64,000 nucleotides of DNA from a virus: positions 1 through 64,000 of IMG/VR virus record IMGVR_UViG_3300010373_000039; one strand, 5' to 3'. The notes under the pieces are model-generated. The model did no database searches and was not told the origin of the DNA. It saw nothing but the letters and a program-made list of their open reading frames with translations. The first letter of the stretch is position 1. The number at the start of each line of letters is the position of its first letter. The translations under genes and the position numbers were made by a program. Positions 47,049 to 56,282 of the stretch are shown here, one piece after another.

Positions 47049-49442
47049 ATGGCAACCCTTGTTCTAGTCCCCATCGCCGCCGGCATCGCGGCCAACGCCA
47101 CGGCCGGGTTGGGCGCTACGGCCGCCGCCGTGGCCACCAGCGCTATTATCGGCGTTGCCGGAACCGTGGGTGCGCTGGTCGATCAAATGTATGTCTACCC
47201 GGCCATATTCGGCAACGGGGCATCGCAAATTAAGGGACCGCAACTCAACAACGTGGCGATTACCGGTGCCAGCGCCGGCACACCGATCAATTTTTGTCTA
47301 GGTCGCGAGAATCGGGTTGGCGGCTGCATCATTTGGGTCTCCAACCTTCGTAAAACGGCATCCAACGCCGGTTCAGGTGGCAAGGGCGGTACGAACGTCA
47401 CCACCTATCAATACTTTGTGGACATCGCCATTGCATGGGGCGAGGGAACCATCAATGCAATCCGCAAGATTTGGGCCGATGGAAAATTGATCTATGACCA
47501 GGCGTTGCAAAACAACAATTCGGGCCAATCGAACCTTTACGATTCATTGATTAACTATTTCGGCGACCAAACCACGCCCGATCCAACAATCAGCGCCGCG
47601 GAGGGTTCGTCCAACACCCCGTCATTCGTCAATACCTACTACACGGTCATCAACAATTTTGCCATTCACGATTGGGGCAACCGTATTCCCAATTTCACGG
47701 CGTTGGTCGAGGCCGAGGAACAAACGTTATTGGGTGATGCGATTGTCAAGATTTGGGAACGGACCGGGCGTCCGGGGTCCGATTTGGACGTGTCGTGGGT
47801 ATCGGATGTGGAGGTTCTTGGTTACACGTTGGCGGGACCGCAGAATCCGATCAATTCAATCGAACCGTTGATGATGGCCTATGATTTGATTACCCAGGAG
47901 CAGCATGGCGGGGTGATGCATTTCTACCATCGCAAGGATATGTTGCCGGTTTCGGTGGCGTCCAACGTCCTGGCGGCGGGTGCGGAAAAGGACACGCCGC
48001 TCCGCGCCTTTCAAATTACCGACAACGCCGATTGGGAGGTGGTGGATGAGGTGGATGTCACCTACACCGATCCGGCCACGTTTTGGCAACAGGGAATGCA
48101 GCGCGAGGTTAAATCCGACATCACCAACCGTTCGGTGTCGTCGATGTCGTTGCCGTTCACGTTGGATGCCAATAGCGCCAAACAAATCGCCGCGCGAGTA
48201 TTGTGGTCGGCCCAGGTGGAACGGTGGGCATCACAAATGACGTTGGCCCCGTCGCAATTGCACATCCTTGAAGGTGATGTGTTGCAATTGACCGCCGATA
48301 GTTTGACGTGGCGCAATCGGATCACCACCGTTTCACGGGGACAGAATTTTGTCTATGAATTGCATGGATCGGCCGAGCAATCCGGGGTGTTGGATCAATC
48401 CGGGTTGGTGGCCGATATCCCGATCATCCCGCCACAACCGGAACCGGCCGGCACGTCCACCCACACCGGGATTATGATGGAGATCCCAATCCTTCCATGG
48501 GAGGGGTATGATCGGGGAATCCATTTCGCGGTGTTCGCCGAGCCCGGGGACGATTGGCAGGGCGGTTCGGTCTATCTGTCCAAGACGGACAATGGCGATG
48601 GTTCCTATTGGTTGATGGCCGATTACCAAATCGAGGCCACGGGCGGGGCGGCGCAAAATATATTGCCGGCGTCCGGGCCGATCGGTTATTGGGACAACAC
48701 CACGACGTTGGTTGTCACCATGAACAACGGCCAATTCTTTAGCAATTTGGAATCGTTGGTGTTGACCGGGTACTTCAATCACGTGTACGTAGGAAAACCG
48801 GATGGAACGGGTGAGGTTATTGCGTTTTGCAACGCTACACTGACCGGACCCAATGAGTATACCCTAAGCAAATTACTTCGCGGCCGCATGGGAACCGAGG
48901 ACCGCATGGCCGGCCATTTGGTCGGGGATGCCGTGGTGCTGTTGCAACAGGATGGATCGATCCATTTCCATCCCTACAACACCGATGGGTTGGGTAAGAA
49001 TTTATTTTTCAAAACCGTTCCGTTGCATCGGCATTTGTCGGACGTGGCGGCCGCGAATTATTACCGATCGGCCCGTTCGGTTACCCCGTTCTCGCCGGTT
49101 AAAATCAAGGGTGTCCGGGACGGGTCCAACAACCTTACCATTTCGTGGTTCCGTCGAACCAACGAGTGGGCACCGATTTTCGATTTCCCGGACGCGGCCA
49201 ATTTGCCGGAAAATTTCCCATCCGACGAGTACGACATTTACATTTACAATGCATCGGGGTCCACCCTGTTGCGGACGTATCTAAACTATACGGGCGGCGA
49301 AAGTATTTTGTATTCCGCCGCCGTTCAAACGTCCGATGGGATCACCCCCGGGGATACGGTCCAGGTTATTGTGTATCAGGTCAACAGCGCATTGTCGCTA
49401 AATGGCGGCAAGGGCGTTGCATCGGCCCAAACAACCATTTAA
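47049..49442 (+). CDS. central tail/host-specificity protein (RcGTA megatron-like, lacking the TIM-barrel domain)
   Basis: RVGG.IIW, IWADGKLIYD, GNRIPNF, LS.LLRGR.GTE, ISW.RR. Confidence 0.88.
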   Translation: MATLVLVPIAAGIAANATAGLGATAAAVATSAIIGVAGTVGALVDQMYVYPAIFGNGASQIKGPQLNNVAITGASAGTPINFCLGRENRVGGCIIWVSNLRKTASNAGSGGKGGTNVTTYQYFVDIAIAWGEGTINAIRKIWADGKLIYDQALQNNNSGQSNLYDSLINYFGDQTTPDPTISAAEGSSNTPSFVNTYYTVINNFAIHDWGNRIPNFTALVEAEEQTLLGDAIVKIWERTGRPGSDLDVSWVSDVEVLGYTLAGPQNPINSIEPLMMAYDLITQEQHGGVMHFYHRKDMLPVSVASNVLAAGAEKDTPLRAFQITDNADWEVVDEVDVTYTDPATFWQQGMQREVKSDITNRSVSSMSLPFTLDANSAKQIAARVLWSAQVERWASQMTLAPSQLHILEGDVLQLTADSLTWRNRITTVSRGQNFVYELHGSAEQSGVLDQSGLVADIPIIPPQPEPAGTSTHTGIMMEIPILPWEGYDRGIHFAVFAEPGDDWQGGSVYLSKTDNGDGSYWLMADYQIEATGGAAQNILPASGPIGYWDNTTTLVVTMNNGQFFSNLESLVLTGYFNHVYVGKPDGTGEVIAFCNATLTGPNEYTLSKLLRGRMGTEDRMAGHLVGDAVVLLQQDGSIHFHPYNTDGLGKNLFFKTVPLHRHLSDVAAANYYRSARSVTPFSPVKIKGVRDGSNNLTISWFRRTNEWAPIFDFPDAANLPENFPSDEYDIYIYNASGSTLLRTYLNYTGGESILYSAAVQTSDGITPGDTVQVIVYQVNSALSLNGGKGVASAQTTI

Positions 49443-49454
49443 GGAAACAACAAC

Positions 49455-49805
49455 ATGTCGTCCCCCACCATTCGCTGCACATTGGATACAATTGACCCGT
49501 CGCAATCCGGGGCCGATGTCACCCATAACCTGGCCCTCATCAAATTGGATTTTTTGGTGGGTGGTGCAATCAAGGTAATCAACTCCACGACCGCCGCCGC
49601 GCCCGGATCACCCACCAATGGGGATACCTATTTGGTGGCCACCGGGGGTTCGGGCGCATTTGCCGGCCATGATGGGCAAATCGCGCTATACAACGCCGGT
49701 TGGTATTTCTTTGTCGTGCAGGTAGGTTGGATGATTTACGATGCGGCCGCCGGCACGTTAAAACTTTGGAACGGCACTACCTACAAGACCATCACACTGA
49801 CATGA
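49455..49805 (+). CDS. DUF2793-like tail fibre adaptor
   Basis: Q....VTHN.AL..LD, PGSP..GD.Y.V......AFAGH...IA....W.F. Confidence 0.85.
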   Translation: MSSPTIRCTLDTIDPSQSGADVTHNLALIKLDFLVGGAIKVINSTTAAAPGSPTNGDTYLVATGGSGAFAGHDGQIALYNAGWYFFVVQVGWMIYDAAAGTLKLWNGTTYKTITLT

Positions 49806-50236
49806 ATCAAATCCGTCCAAATCTTTACATCGGCAATGCGCCCGATGCATGTTCGGCCCCACTGTTGGCCGACAACAAAATCACCGCCGTGTTCAATGTG
49901 GGGTTGGATTGCAACGACCCGTGGGATTGTCCGGGCGTTTTGTTTGTAAAAATTGGTTTGATCGACGGTCCCGGAAACCACCAATCCCAAATCCGTTTTG
50001 CATTGGATGTGTTGGACCGGTTATTGATGGACGGTCATCGGGTAATGATCCATTGCGTAGCCGGCCATTCCCGCGCTCCCTACATCACCGCCCGCTACCT
50101 ATCCCGTCGCGAAAACCGAAATTTCAAAATCACGTTGGCCGAGGTTATCCGCCTTCGCCCCGGTGCCGAAAACCCCAATCGGTTGGTTGCGTTGTATGGA
50201 ACCGGCTGGGAGGGGTTGCCCGAACCGGCGCAATAA
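49802..50236 (+). CDS. dual-specificity protein phosphatase
   Basis: NLYIGN, ITAVFNV, active site HCVAGHSR; ATGA coupling. Confidence 0.9.
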   Translation: MNQIRPNLYIGNAPDACSAPLLADNKITAVFNVGLDCNDPWDCPGVLFVKIGLIDGPGNHQSQIRFALDVLDRLLMDGHRVMIHCVAGHSRAPYITARYLSRRENRNFKITLAEVIRLRPGAENPNRLVALYGTGWEGLPEPAQ

Positions 50237-50238
50237 AA

Positions 50239-50267
50239 ATCCCCGGCCGAAGGCGTTCGCCGGGGAT
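50239..50267. terminator. terminator between the convergent arms
   Basis: ATCCCCGG...CCGGGGAT stem; T-run on the - strand. Confidence 0.75.
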
Positions 50268-50305
50268 CAATCGCTGAGGGCTTATGTCAACGATTTTGGG
50301 TTTCG

Positions 50306-50656
50306 TTACGTGGTCTTGTCGGTCCCTCCGGACCCGGTTACGGAATCGGAACCCGATCCTCCGGTAACGGTGTCCGCGCCGGCGCTGTTGACGTTCGCGG
50401 TCGAGGCGCCGCCAGAAGTATTCGCCTGGCCGGTGCCGGTGTTGGTCCCGGTTGCGACGGGTGTAGACGCGCTGGGCATCAATGCGATCAAACCGGTGAC
50501 CTCGGATTGAATAGACGAGATCTGGTCGATGACCGGCTGCTCATCCGGCGCACCCCCGCCATTTTGAAGGACATTTTGGACCTGGGACTTAAGCGTGTCG
50601 AGCGATGCCTTGAGACCTGTCAGGGCCTGAAGGACCTGGGATTGATTTGCTGCCAT
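50306..50656 (-). CDS. coiled-coil protein with Gly/Ser/Thr-rich tail
   Basis: GAGG RBS before ATG 50656; frame stays open upstream to 50794. Confidence 0.6.
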   Translation of the reverse strand: MAANQSQVLQALTGLKASLDTLKSQVQNVLQNGGGAPDEQPVIDQISSIQSEVTGLIALMPSASTPVATGTNTGTGQANTSGGASTANVNSAGADTVTGGSGSDSVTGSGGTDKTT

Positions 50657-50787
50657 TTCGATAAACCTCGATTCAAGGTTTTTAATGAACCGCACAACCC
50701 GGTTGTGATTTTCGATCAATTCAACAAGGGTTTTGTGGTCCTTAGCAACCCGTGTGATTAGTTCATGGGCGTTCACGTTGAACCCCT

Positions 50788-50988
50788 TTAGCAATTGCCG
50801 GCGTGGTGGTGCCCCGCCGTCATGTTCTGCTGTGCCGTATTATAACCACGACCGTTCAACTTGGTGGTCGTCGCCATAATCCGCCCCCGTTTGCCCGATC
50901 CGGACGATTTCATTTCGGCCGCGCCGGTCGCGCCGGTTTTGCGTTTGATCCCTTGTGCGGGACGCTGGCCGATTTTTCCGTTAGCCAT
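50788..50988 (-). CDS. small basic disordered protein
   Basis: GGAGGTG RBS. Confidence 0.65.
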   Translation of the reverse strand: MANGKIGQRPAQGIKRKTGATGAAEMKSSGSGKRGRIMATTTKLNGRGYNTAQQNMTAGHHHAGNC

Positions 50989-52009
50989 GATGGTCACCTC
51001 CTTTCCCAATCGACTCGGCCAGGATATCCAATCCGGCCGCGATCCGTTGGGGGGTCATTCTACGCACCCGGCCGTAATTGCGCAACGTTTCGGTGGGGGA
51101 GACCGTCCGTTGGGTAACCCTAACCCGGTGTTGTCGTCGTTGCTCGTCTACCTCGGTCAACCGCAACCCGCCCAGCGTCACATTGTTTTTTCGACAGAAT
51201 TTTTCGATGTGCCGTTGGATCGGGTGCCATTGTTTGATGTCGGTACGCGGCAGCGCCACCTCGACCTTGACCATATCCCCGGGGATGTAGGCGCAGCGGT
51301 CGAATTCCTCGATACTGCCGATTTTGATTGAATCCTTGCGGATGGTTTTGCGGATCAGGTCGCGGAATTTACCATCCTCCTCCAGGATCACGCGCGGGGT
51401 GTAGGTGTCCCCATAGCGGACCGGGTAGGGTGCGCCGATGTAGGTGATGTTGCCAAGTGTTTGGGGAACATGGATGTCGCCGGCGAAAACCCGTTTGGCG
51501 CGGGCCAACGATTTGCGACGAATCCCATCATCCATTTTCCCGCCCGATTCGGTCATGGCCCCACGGATGGGTTGGTGCAAAAACACCTTGTCATATTTGG
51601 CTAGATCGTATTTGCCGTATTCGGACCGGAATCCCCGCGTGTGTGGTAGGAACAGCCACCGTTCCTGGAACATCCCGATTTCTACGGGCATGTGATAAAA
51701 CAAAAGTTTACCACGCAGCGAATTGTGCAGAAAACGAAAGAAAGGAACGTTGGCATCAACGTAGTCATGGTTTCCCTTCAACAGGAACATCATTTTGCAT
51801 CGCTTGGCCAACATGGACAGGTTATCGACTAACCGGTTGACCAATGCCGCGCTATGGTCATCCTTACGGTCGGTCATGTCCCCCAAAATGATGAGGTATT
51901 GCACGTTGTACCGAACCATGCGCTTTTCCAACCACGGGAACACATCCCAACGGTACTCGTCGTTGGGGCGGTCGGTTAAATGAAGATCGGCGGTGTAAAG
52001 AATGCGCAT
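50981..52009 (-). CDS. SbcD/Mre11-like metallophosphoesterase nuclease
   Basis: ADLH, LGD..D, GNHD, FLHQ, GDIHVPQ, YIGAPY. Confidence 0.88.
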   Translation of the reverse strand: MRILYTADLHLTDRPNDEYRWDVFPWLEKRMVRYNVQYLIILGDMTDRKDDHSAALVNRLVDNLSMLAKRCKMMFLLKGNHDYVDANVPFFRFLHNSLRGKLLFYHMPVEIGMFQERWLFLPHTRGFRSEYGKYDLAKYDKVFLHQPIRGAMTESGGKMDDGIRRKSLARAKRVFAGDIHVPQTLGNITYIGAPYPVRYGDTYTPRVILEEDGKFRDLIRKTIRKDSIKIGSIEEFDRCAYIPGDMVKVEVALPRTDIKQWHPIQRHIEKFCRKNNVTLGGLRLTEVDEQRRQHRVRVTQRTVSPTETLRNYGRVRRMTPQRIAAGLDILAESIGKGGDHHG

Positions 52010-52015
52010 TGTGGT

Positions 52016-52195
52016 TCAGTCTATCTTTGGTCGTCGTGCCATCGCGGCTTCGAAAAATTCGACAAGGTGCCCAACCTTCACCTGCTCCAACACCATGCTT
52101 AAGGGGTCGTTTTTATAGGGCTCCAACAAATCCTTTATCTTCTTATCGTCGTCGGTGTCAATCGCCTCGACCAATTGCTCGATAAACGTGGCCAT
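52016..52195 (-). CDS. hypothetical protein (59 aa; not in the ORF track)
   Basis: AGGAG RBS; MATFIEQLVEAIDTDDDKKIKD...; fills the gap. Confidence 0.6.
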   Translation of the reverse strand: MATFIEQLVEAIDTDDDKKIKDLLEPYKNDPLSMVLEQVKVGHLVEFFEAAMARRPKID

Positions 52196-52203
52196 GTCCG
52201 CTC

Positions 52204-52728
52204 CTATTTGATCTCCGAGAAAATGTTCAATTCCGCGTCACGGGGCAGATACAATGGATGACGGGGCATTCCCCCGGCCGTTTTTTGGCCCAAGCAATAG
52301 ATGCGTCGGTAGTGGCCGTGCAGAATCTCCAACGTTCGTTCGATACGACGGACCTTTTTATCCGACCCGAACGACGCACCCCATGCGGCCACGATCCGGG
52401 CCGCGCCGATGTTTTGAATGTGGTCGTCGTTATCACGGCCTACCGGATCACCCACGGTTGTCAATTGGGAAGGATCGGTGGCAATCCACGCGAACAGGTT
52501 TGCAACTACGATGCCGCCGTACCCCCATGTTTTGCCGAACCCGATGCATCGCCGGATGGTGTTGTCGTTTTCGTCCTCGTCGGCGTTAGAGGGGTTAAGC
52601 ATAATGAACCCAAGCAACGCCTCGTTGGGACGCCAAACCCGGTGAAGCAAATAACGATACCGCCGGCATGGGGAAAACACCGCGCCGTTTTGGGTTGGGG
52701 GCGTGAAAAACTTCCGGGTTTGTATCAT
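52204..52728 (-). CDS. DUF1643 family protein
   Basis: FS.C..YRY.L.R.W, MLNPS.AD...D.TIRRC, NLFA, AAWG, PRHPLY. Confidence 0.9.
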   Translation of the reverse strand: MIQTRKFFTPPTQNGAVFSPCRRYRYLLHRVWRPNEALLGFIMLNPSNADEDENDNTIRRCIGFGKTWGYGGIVVANLFAWIATDPSQLTTVGDPVGRDNDDHIQNIGAARIVAAWGASFGSDKKVRRIERTLEILHGHYRRIYCLGQKTAGGMPRHPLYLPRDAELNIFSEIK

Positions 52729-52743
52729 CGCTAGATTCCTTTC

Positions 52744-53127
52744 CTAACTACAACCGTCCCAATCCTTTACGATTGGCATACCTTTGACCGTCAACCCAAC
52801 CTCTTGTCGAAGGACGCGACACGATGAATTGCCTACCTCATAGTCACGGCAAACGGCGGGGCGCAATTCATAGTGCCTGCATTGACCGCTCGTCAAATCC
52901 AACCAAATGCAGGGATTTACGTTCCCGTCGTTGGCCACCATGAAATTGAAACGTGGTGAATTTTCGTCAAGCCAGTTGGCTAATTCTCGTTTTAATTCCT
53001 TGGATAACCGTTGCCAATCCGGATCGGCATCGCCCCCGAACGGCGGGGTGCGCATATGCATACAACATAACCCGCAGTTGTTGCACCAATTGTCATCCGA
53101 TGCGCCCATTGTCCTACCTATATCCAA
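52744..53127 (-). CDS. YkgJ-family Cys-cluster (Zn/Fe-chelating) protein
   Basis: CNNCGLCC, C..LD....C..YE.RP.VCR.Y. Confidence 0.88.
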   Translation of the reverse strand: MDIGRTMGASDDNWCNNCGLCCMHMRTPPFGGDADPDWQRLSKELKRELANWLDENSPRFNFMVANDGNVNPCIWLDLTSGQCRHYELRPAVCRDYEVGNSSCRVLRQEVGLTVKGMPIVKDWDGCS

Positions 53128-53132
53128 GACAA

Positions 53133-53714
53133 CTATTTGGATCGCCGGATCAATCGGGGACGGTTGCGGATGCGACGGATCGCCAGGCGCTGGGCATAGG
53201 CCGACGCCCGTTTAATCAATTTCCAACGCAAACAAAACAGGGACGACAAACCGAATACGTACATGTTCTCGCGGGGGTGCATGATGATCGCGCGGGGTTT
53301 GGGGTTACCGGCCCACCGCAACCATCGCAAACCCCGTTCGGACGTGAACAACAATTCCCCGATATGGTTCTGCTTCATTATCAACAACGGTTGGCGTCGG
53401 CCGTCGCACTCGTCCAACAATTTTTCCCACCATTGAAGGATTTCCGGCCGGTAGCCGAAGAAAAATTTGTGGGTTTTCAAATCCTTGTAGAATTTGCATT
53501 CCAGCACAAATAAATCGACGAGCGGTTGGCCAAGAGGGTGGGTGCAAACGATGTCGCCGGCGTGGGCGTCGTGTTTCGATCCCTGTTTGCGGGCCACGGT
53601 GTTTCGGCCGCCGGACATGGCCGAACGCCAAAAACAATCCTTGCGGGTCATGTCGGAAACCCACAGGGAAAGTCGTTTGCAGGTGGCTCGTTCGTATTCC
53701 GGCCCTTTGCCCAT
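53133..53714 (-). CDS. Holliday junction resolvase (PD-(D/E)xK)
   Basis: KG..YER, RS..SGG, GDI, LECK. Confidence 0.8.
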   Translation of the reverse strand: MGKGPEYERATCKRLSLWVSDMTRKDCFWRSAMSGGRNTVARKQGSKHDAHAGDIVCTHPLGQPLVDLFVLECKFYKDLKTHKFFFGYRPEILQWWEKLLDECDGRRQPLLIMKQNHIGELLFTSERGLRWLRWAGNPKPRAIIMHPRENMYVFGLSSLFCLRWKLIKRASAYAQRLAIRRIRNRPRLIRRSK

Positions 53715-53718
53715 TCAA

Positions 53719-54807
53719 TCACCCGTATTTCCGTCGTGTCGGCAAAAACTTCTTTTCGATCTCGAACCAGGCCGTGTCCACCGTCGCATGGACCCGTGCC
53801 ATTTCGGTATTGTACTCGTCCCGGTCCATTTTGGAAAGTTTCTTGATATACTTGCCGGCCGTTTTGTCATTCAACCCCAACCGGCCCAGCATCCCCACCT
53901 CGTCTAGCCACATCAACGATGCGTCCAAATCGTCGATGCCGAAGGCAAACCGGATAGGAAAATCACATTCACGGTAGGCCAACCCCACCTTGTTCTTTTT
54001 GCATCGCACACGGGTTTTGACGCCGATCGGCCGTTCCACCTTGTCAATGGTTTTCTTGATTTGGCCCATGTTGGCCAACCAAATGATTTGCGATGCGTAG
54101 TAATCCAGCGCCCGGCCACCGGAACGGGTTTGGGTTTCCCCGAACGTGACGCCGATTTTGTCGCGCAATTGGGAGACGATCAATAGCGTGACGTTCAACC
54201 GTTCCAACCGTTTGACGTTCCGGCGGAACAATTGGCCCATCAATTTGGGTTTCTTACCACCGTAGCTGTTCGCGCCGAATTCCGAATTGTTTTCCGCGTC
54301 GTCGCCAAGGGCATCCAACGAATCCAAAATGTACAATCCGGCCTTAGCGGGTTTTCCCGCCTTGACCAATTTACGTTCACCATCCTTGGTCACCGACGTA
54401 CACCGAACCCCCTCGACCCGATCGCAAAATTCCTCCAAATCGGCGTGCCATTCCTCCACCGTTAGGACCGAAACCTCCTCGTTGAAATCGACCCGATCGA
54501 CCGGCAACCCCACCGTTTCCGCGTAGGGGATATCGAACGCCGCCTCGGCCTCGCGATACCGGATTAACCCCTCCTTGGGGTCCGGGTATTTAATGGCGAA
54601 GTTGGCGCATGTTTCGATCATTACCAACGATTTGCCGGTGGATTTGTCCCCCACGATATTACCGACCCGTCCTTCGGCCCATCCGCCGCCCAGGACGCGA
54701 TCCAGCAACCGACAGCCGGTCGGAATACACCGGACTTGGCTTGGTGCCGTAAAATACAACCCTGCGCCGCCCCGTTTTAGCCGGGGGCGTTCCCGTTTTT
54801 TAGCCAT
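53719..54807 (-). CDS. recA: RecA/UvsX-like recombinase
   Basis: TG...LD..LGGG...GR, GDKSTGKS, LDSL, SQLRDKIG..FG, GGRAL.YYAS, KNKVG. Confidence 0.92.
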   Translation of the reverse strand: MAKKRERPRLKRGGAGLYFTAPSQVRCIPTGCRLLDRVLGGGWAEGRVGNIVGDKSTGKSLVMIETCANFAIKYPDPKEGLIRYREAEAAFDIPYAETVGLPVDRVDFNEEVSVLTVEEWHADLEEFCDRVEGVRCTSVTKDGERKLVKAGKPAKAGLYILDSLDALGDDAENNSEFGANSYGGKKPKLMGQLFRRNVKRLERLNVTLLIVSQLRDKIGVTFGETQTRSGGRALDYYASQIIWLANMGQIKKTIDKVERPIGVKTRVRCKKNKVGLAYRECDFPIRFAFGIDDLDASLMWLDEVGMLGRLGLNDKTAGKYIKKLSKMDRDEYNTEMARVHATVDTAWFEIEKKFLPTRRKYG

Positions 54808-54838
54808 GGCCGATCCTAGTTAGATGTGGAAATAGAAT

Positions 54839-54867
54839 GGGTGGTGGCTTTGACGTGACCACCACCC
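54839..54867 (-). terminator. hairpin terminator after the SSB gene
   Basis: GGGTGGTGG/CCACCACCC inverted repeat. Confidence 0.6.
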
Positions 54868-54897
54868 AACAAAACCCAAAGGATTGCGCGTGTTCGG

Positions 54898-56043
54898 TTA
54901 ATCCAGGTCGTCGTCCTCGTCGTCTAGGCTTTCTTTTTCCCGACGCGAGGATGGTTTGTGGGCAAGCCTTTTGCGTCTTTTGTGACGGCGGGAATCACGG
55001 GTTTCTTCCTCGTCTCCGCCTTGAAGCTCTTCGCCATCGTCATCTCCTTCTTCATCATCGTCATCATCCCGTTTGGACGCCGCGCGGCGCTTTTTACCAC
55101 GGGACCGGCGACCATCATCCCCATCCTCGTCCTCGTCGTCAACGTCCGAGTCATCGTCGAGATCCTCGTCGTCATCGTCCGCTTCGTCATCATCGCGGAA
55201 GGAACGGCGGCGGGACTTTCGGTCATCATCCTCGTCGTCATCATCCTCGTCATGCCGCCGGCGTTCGCGGTCGCGACGGGTGCGAGGACGATCATCATCC
55301 TCGTCGTCATCATCCTTGCGCTTTTTGTTGCCGATGCCCCCGACCAACGCCTTGGTGATGTGCTCGGCGTCGAAAAATTCGATGCAATCGGGGATCGGAT
55401 GTTTGGTGATGAACCGAAGCCATTTTTGCATCCGATCATCGTTGCGGTGCAGCGGGGTTTCGCGCGATGCCGGCTTGATGCCCTTGATTTCCGTGAAATC
55501 CCCCTTCTTGACACACTTGAAAAGAACATCACGGCCCTTGTAGGGATCATCGTAGAACACGGTTTCGTTGGTTTCCTCGTCCTCCGCCTCGGCGGCGATG
55601 TCACGATCCACGATCCATGACGGGGTCCATAGCATCGGACCATCCTCTTCACGGTCGCGGTCGATGATCCACATCACCTTGCGGGTTTTGGCCTTGGCAT
55701 CATCCGCCGCCTTGTTGTTGCGGTGTTTGATCAGCTCGTTGCGCTCCTCGCACACCGGGCATTCCTCGTTCTTCATCTTGGCCAAACACGCATATTGGTT
55801 GTTGTCCGCGCCGACGCCGTAATGGACCTCGACCGGGTACGCGTAGTGTTCCGCGCCGTCCCATGTGGGGGGCATGATCCGGATGCGATATTTTTCCCCG
55901 GCCTGCGGACTAAACGTCGGGAATTGGGCCTTGATAAACCCGTCCCGCGTCCCGCCCTTTTGATTGGCCTGGGTCTTAATCGTCGAGGCATCCCGTTGCT
56001 TGTACTCAAACCGTTTGCGTTCCCCACGATCACGATTCTTCAT
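54898..56043 (-). CDS. T4 gp32-like single-stranded DNA-binding protein with long charged low-complexity tail
   Basis: RIRIMPP, H...C......CPVC zinc site, D/E and R/K block C-terminus. Confidence 0.82.
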   Translation of the reverse strand: MKNRDRGERKRFEYKQRDASTIKTQANQKGGTRDGFIKAQFPTFSPQAGEKYRIRIMPPTWDGAEHYAYPVEVHYGVGADNNQYACLAKMKNEECPVCEERNELIKHRNNKAADDAKAKTRKVMWIIDRDREEDGPMLWTPSWIVDRDIAAEAEDEETNETVFYDDPYKGRDVLFKCVKKGDFTEIKGIKPASRETPLHRNDDRMQKWLRFITKHPIPDCIEFFDAEHITKALVGGIGNKKRKDDDDEDDDRPRTRRDRERRRHDEDDDDEDDDRKSRRRSFRDDDEADDDDEDLDDDSDVDDEDEDGDDGRRSRGKKRRAASKRDDDDDEEGDDDGEELQGGDEEETRDSRRHKRRKRLAHKPSSRREKESLDDEDDDLD

Positions 56044-56282
56044 TTGTTCTCCGTTTTAGAATTTCCTACATGATAAATGGTCATTTCCGCCGCCAGCGCC
56101 AACGCTTCTTGTATTTGCGGATCGTCTATTTTGTTTTTGTTCAACACAATACGGGAAGTAACCCATTGTTGGATCGTGGAAAACGCCGCCAAATCCCTAC
56201 CCAACAACACGAAAATTGGTTCATCGTCCTTCGCCCGATTCAAACAACTGTTCGGATCGGATAATTCCTTTGATTTCAGCAT
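56040..56282 (-). CDS. phage hypothetical protein
   Basis: DDEPIFVLLGRD..A...I..W pattern. Confidence 0.7.
   Translation of the reverse strand: MLKSKELSDPNSCLNRAKDDEPIFVLLGRDLAAFSTIQQWVTSRIVLNKNKIDDPQIQEALALAAEMTIYHVGNSKTENK

Noticed and set aside
39178-49805. Host-encoded gene transfer agent cluster
   Set aside because: The RcGTA-like tail genes come with a non-GTA head module, a much longer tape measure and the phage's own replication genes, so this is a phage
54924-55652. Long alternative-frame and antisense ORFs over the SSB tail (54924..55652, 54958..55620, 55073..55543)
   Set aside because: By-products of GAC/GAT/GAG low-complexity codons
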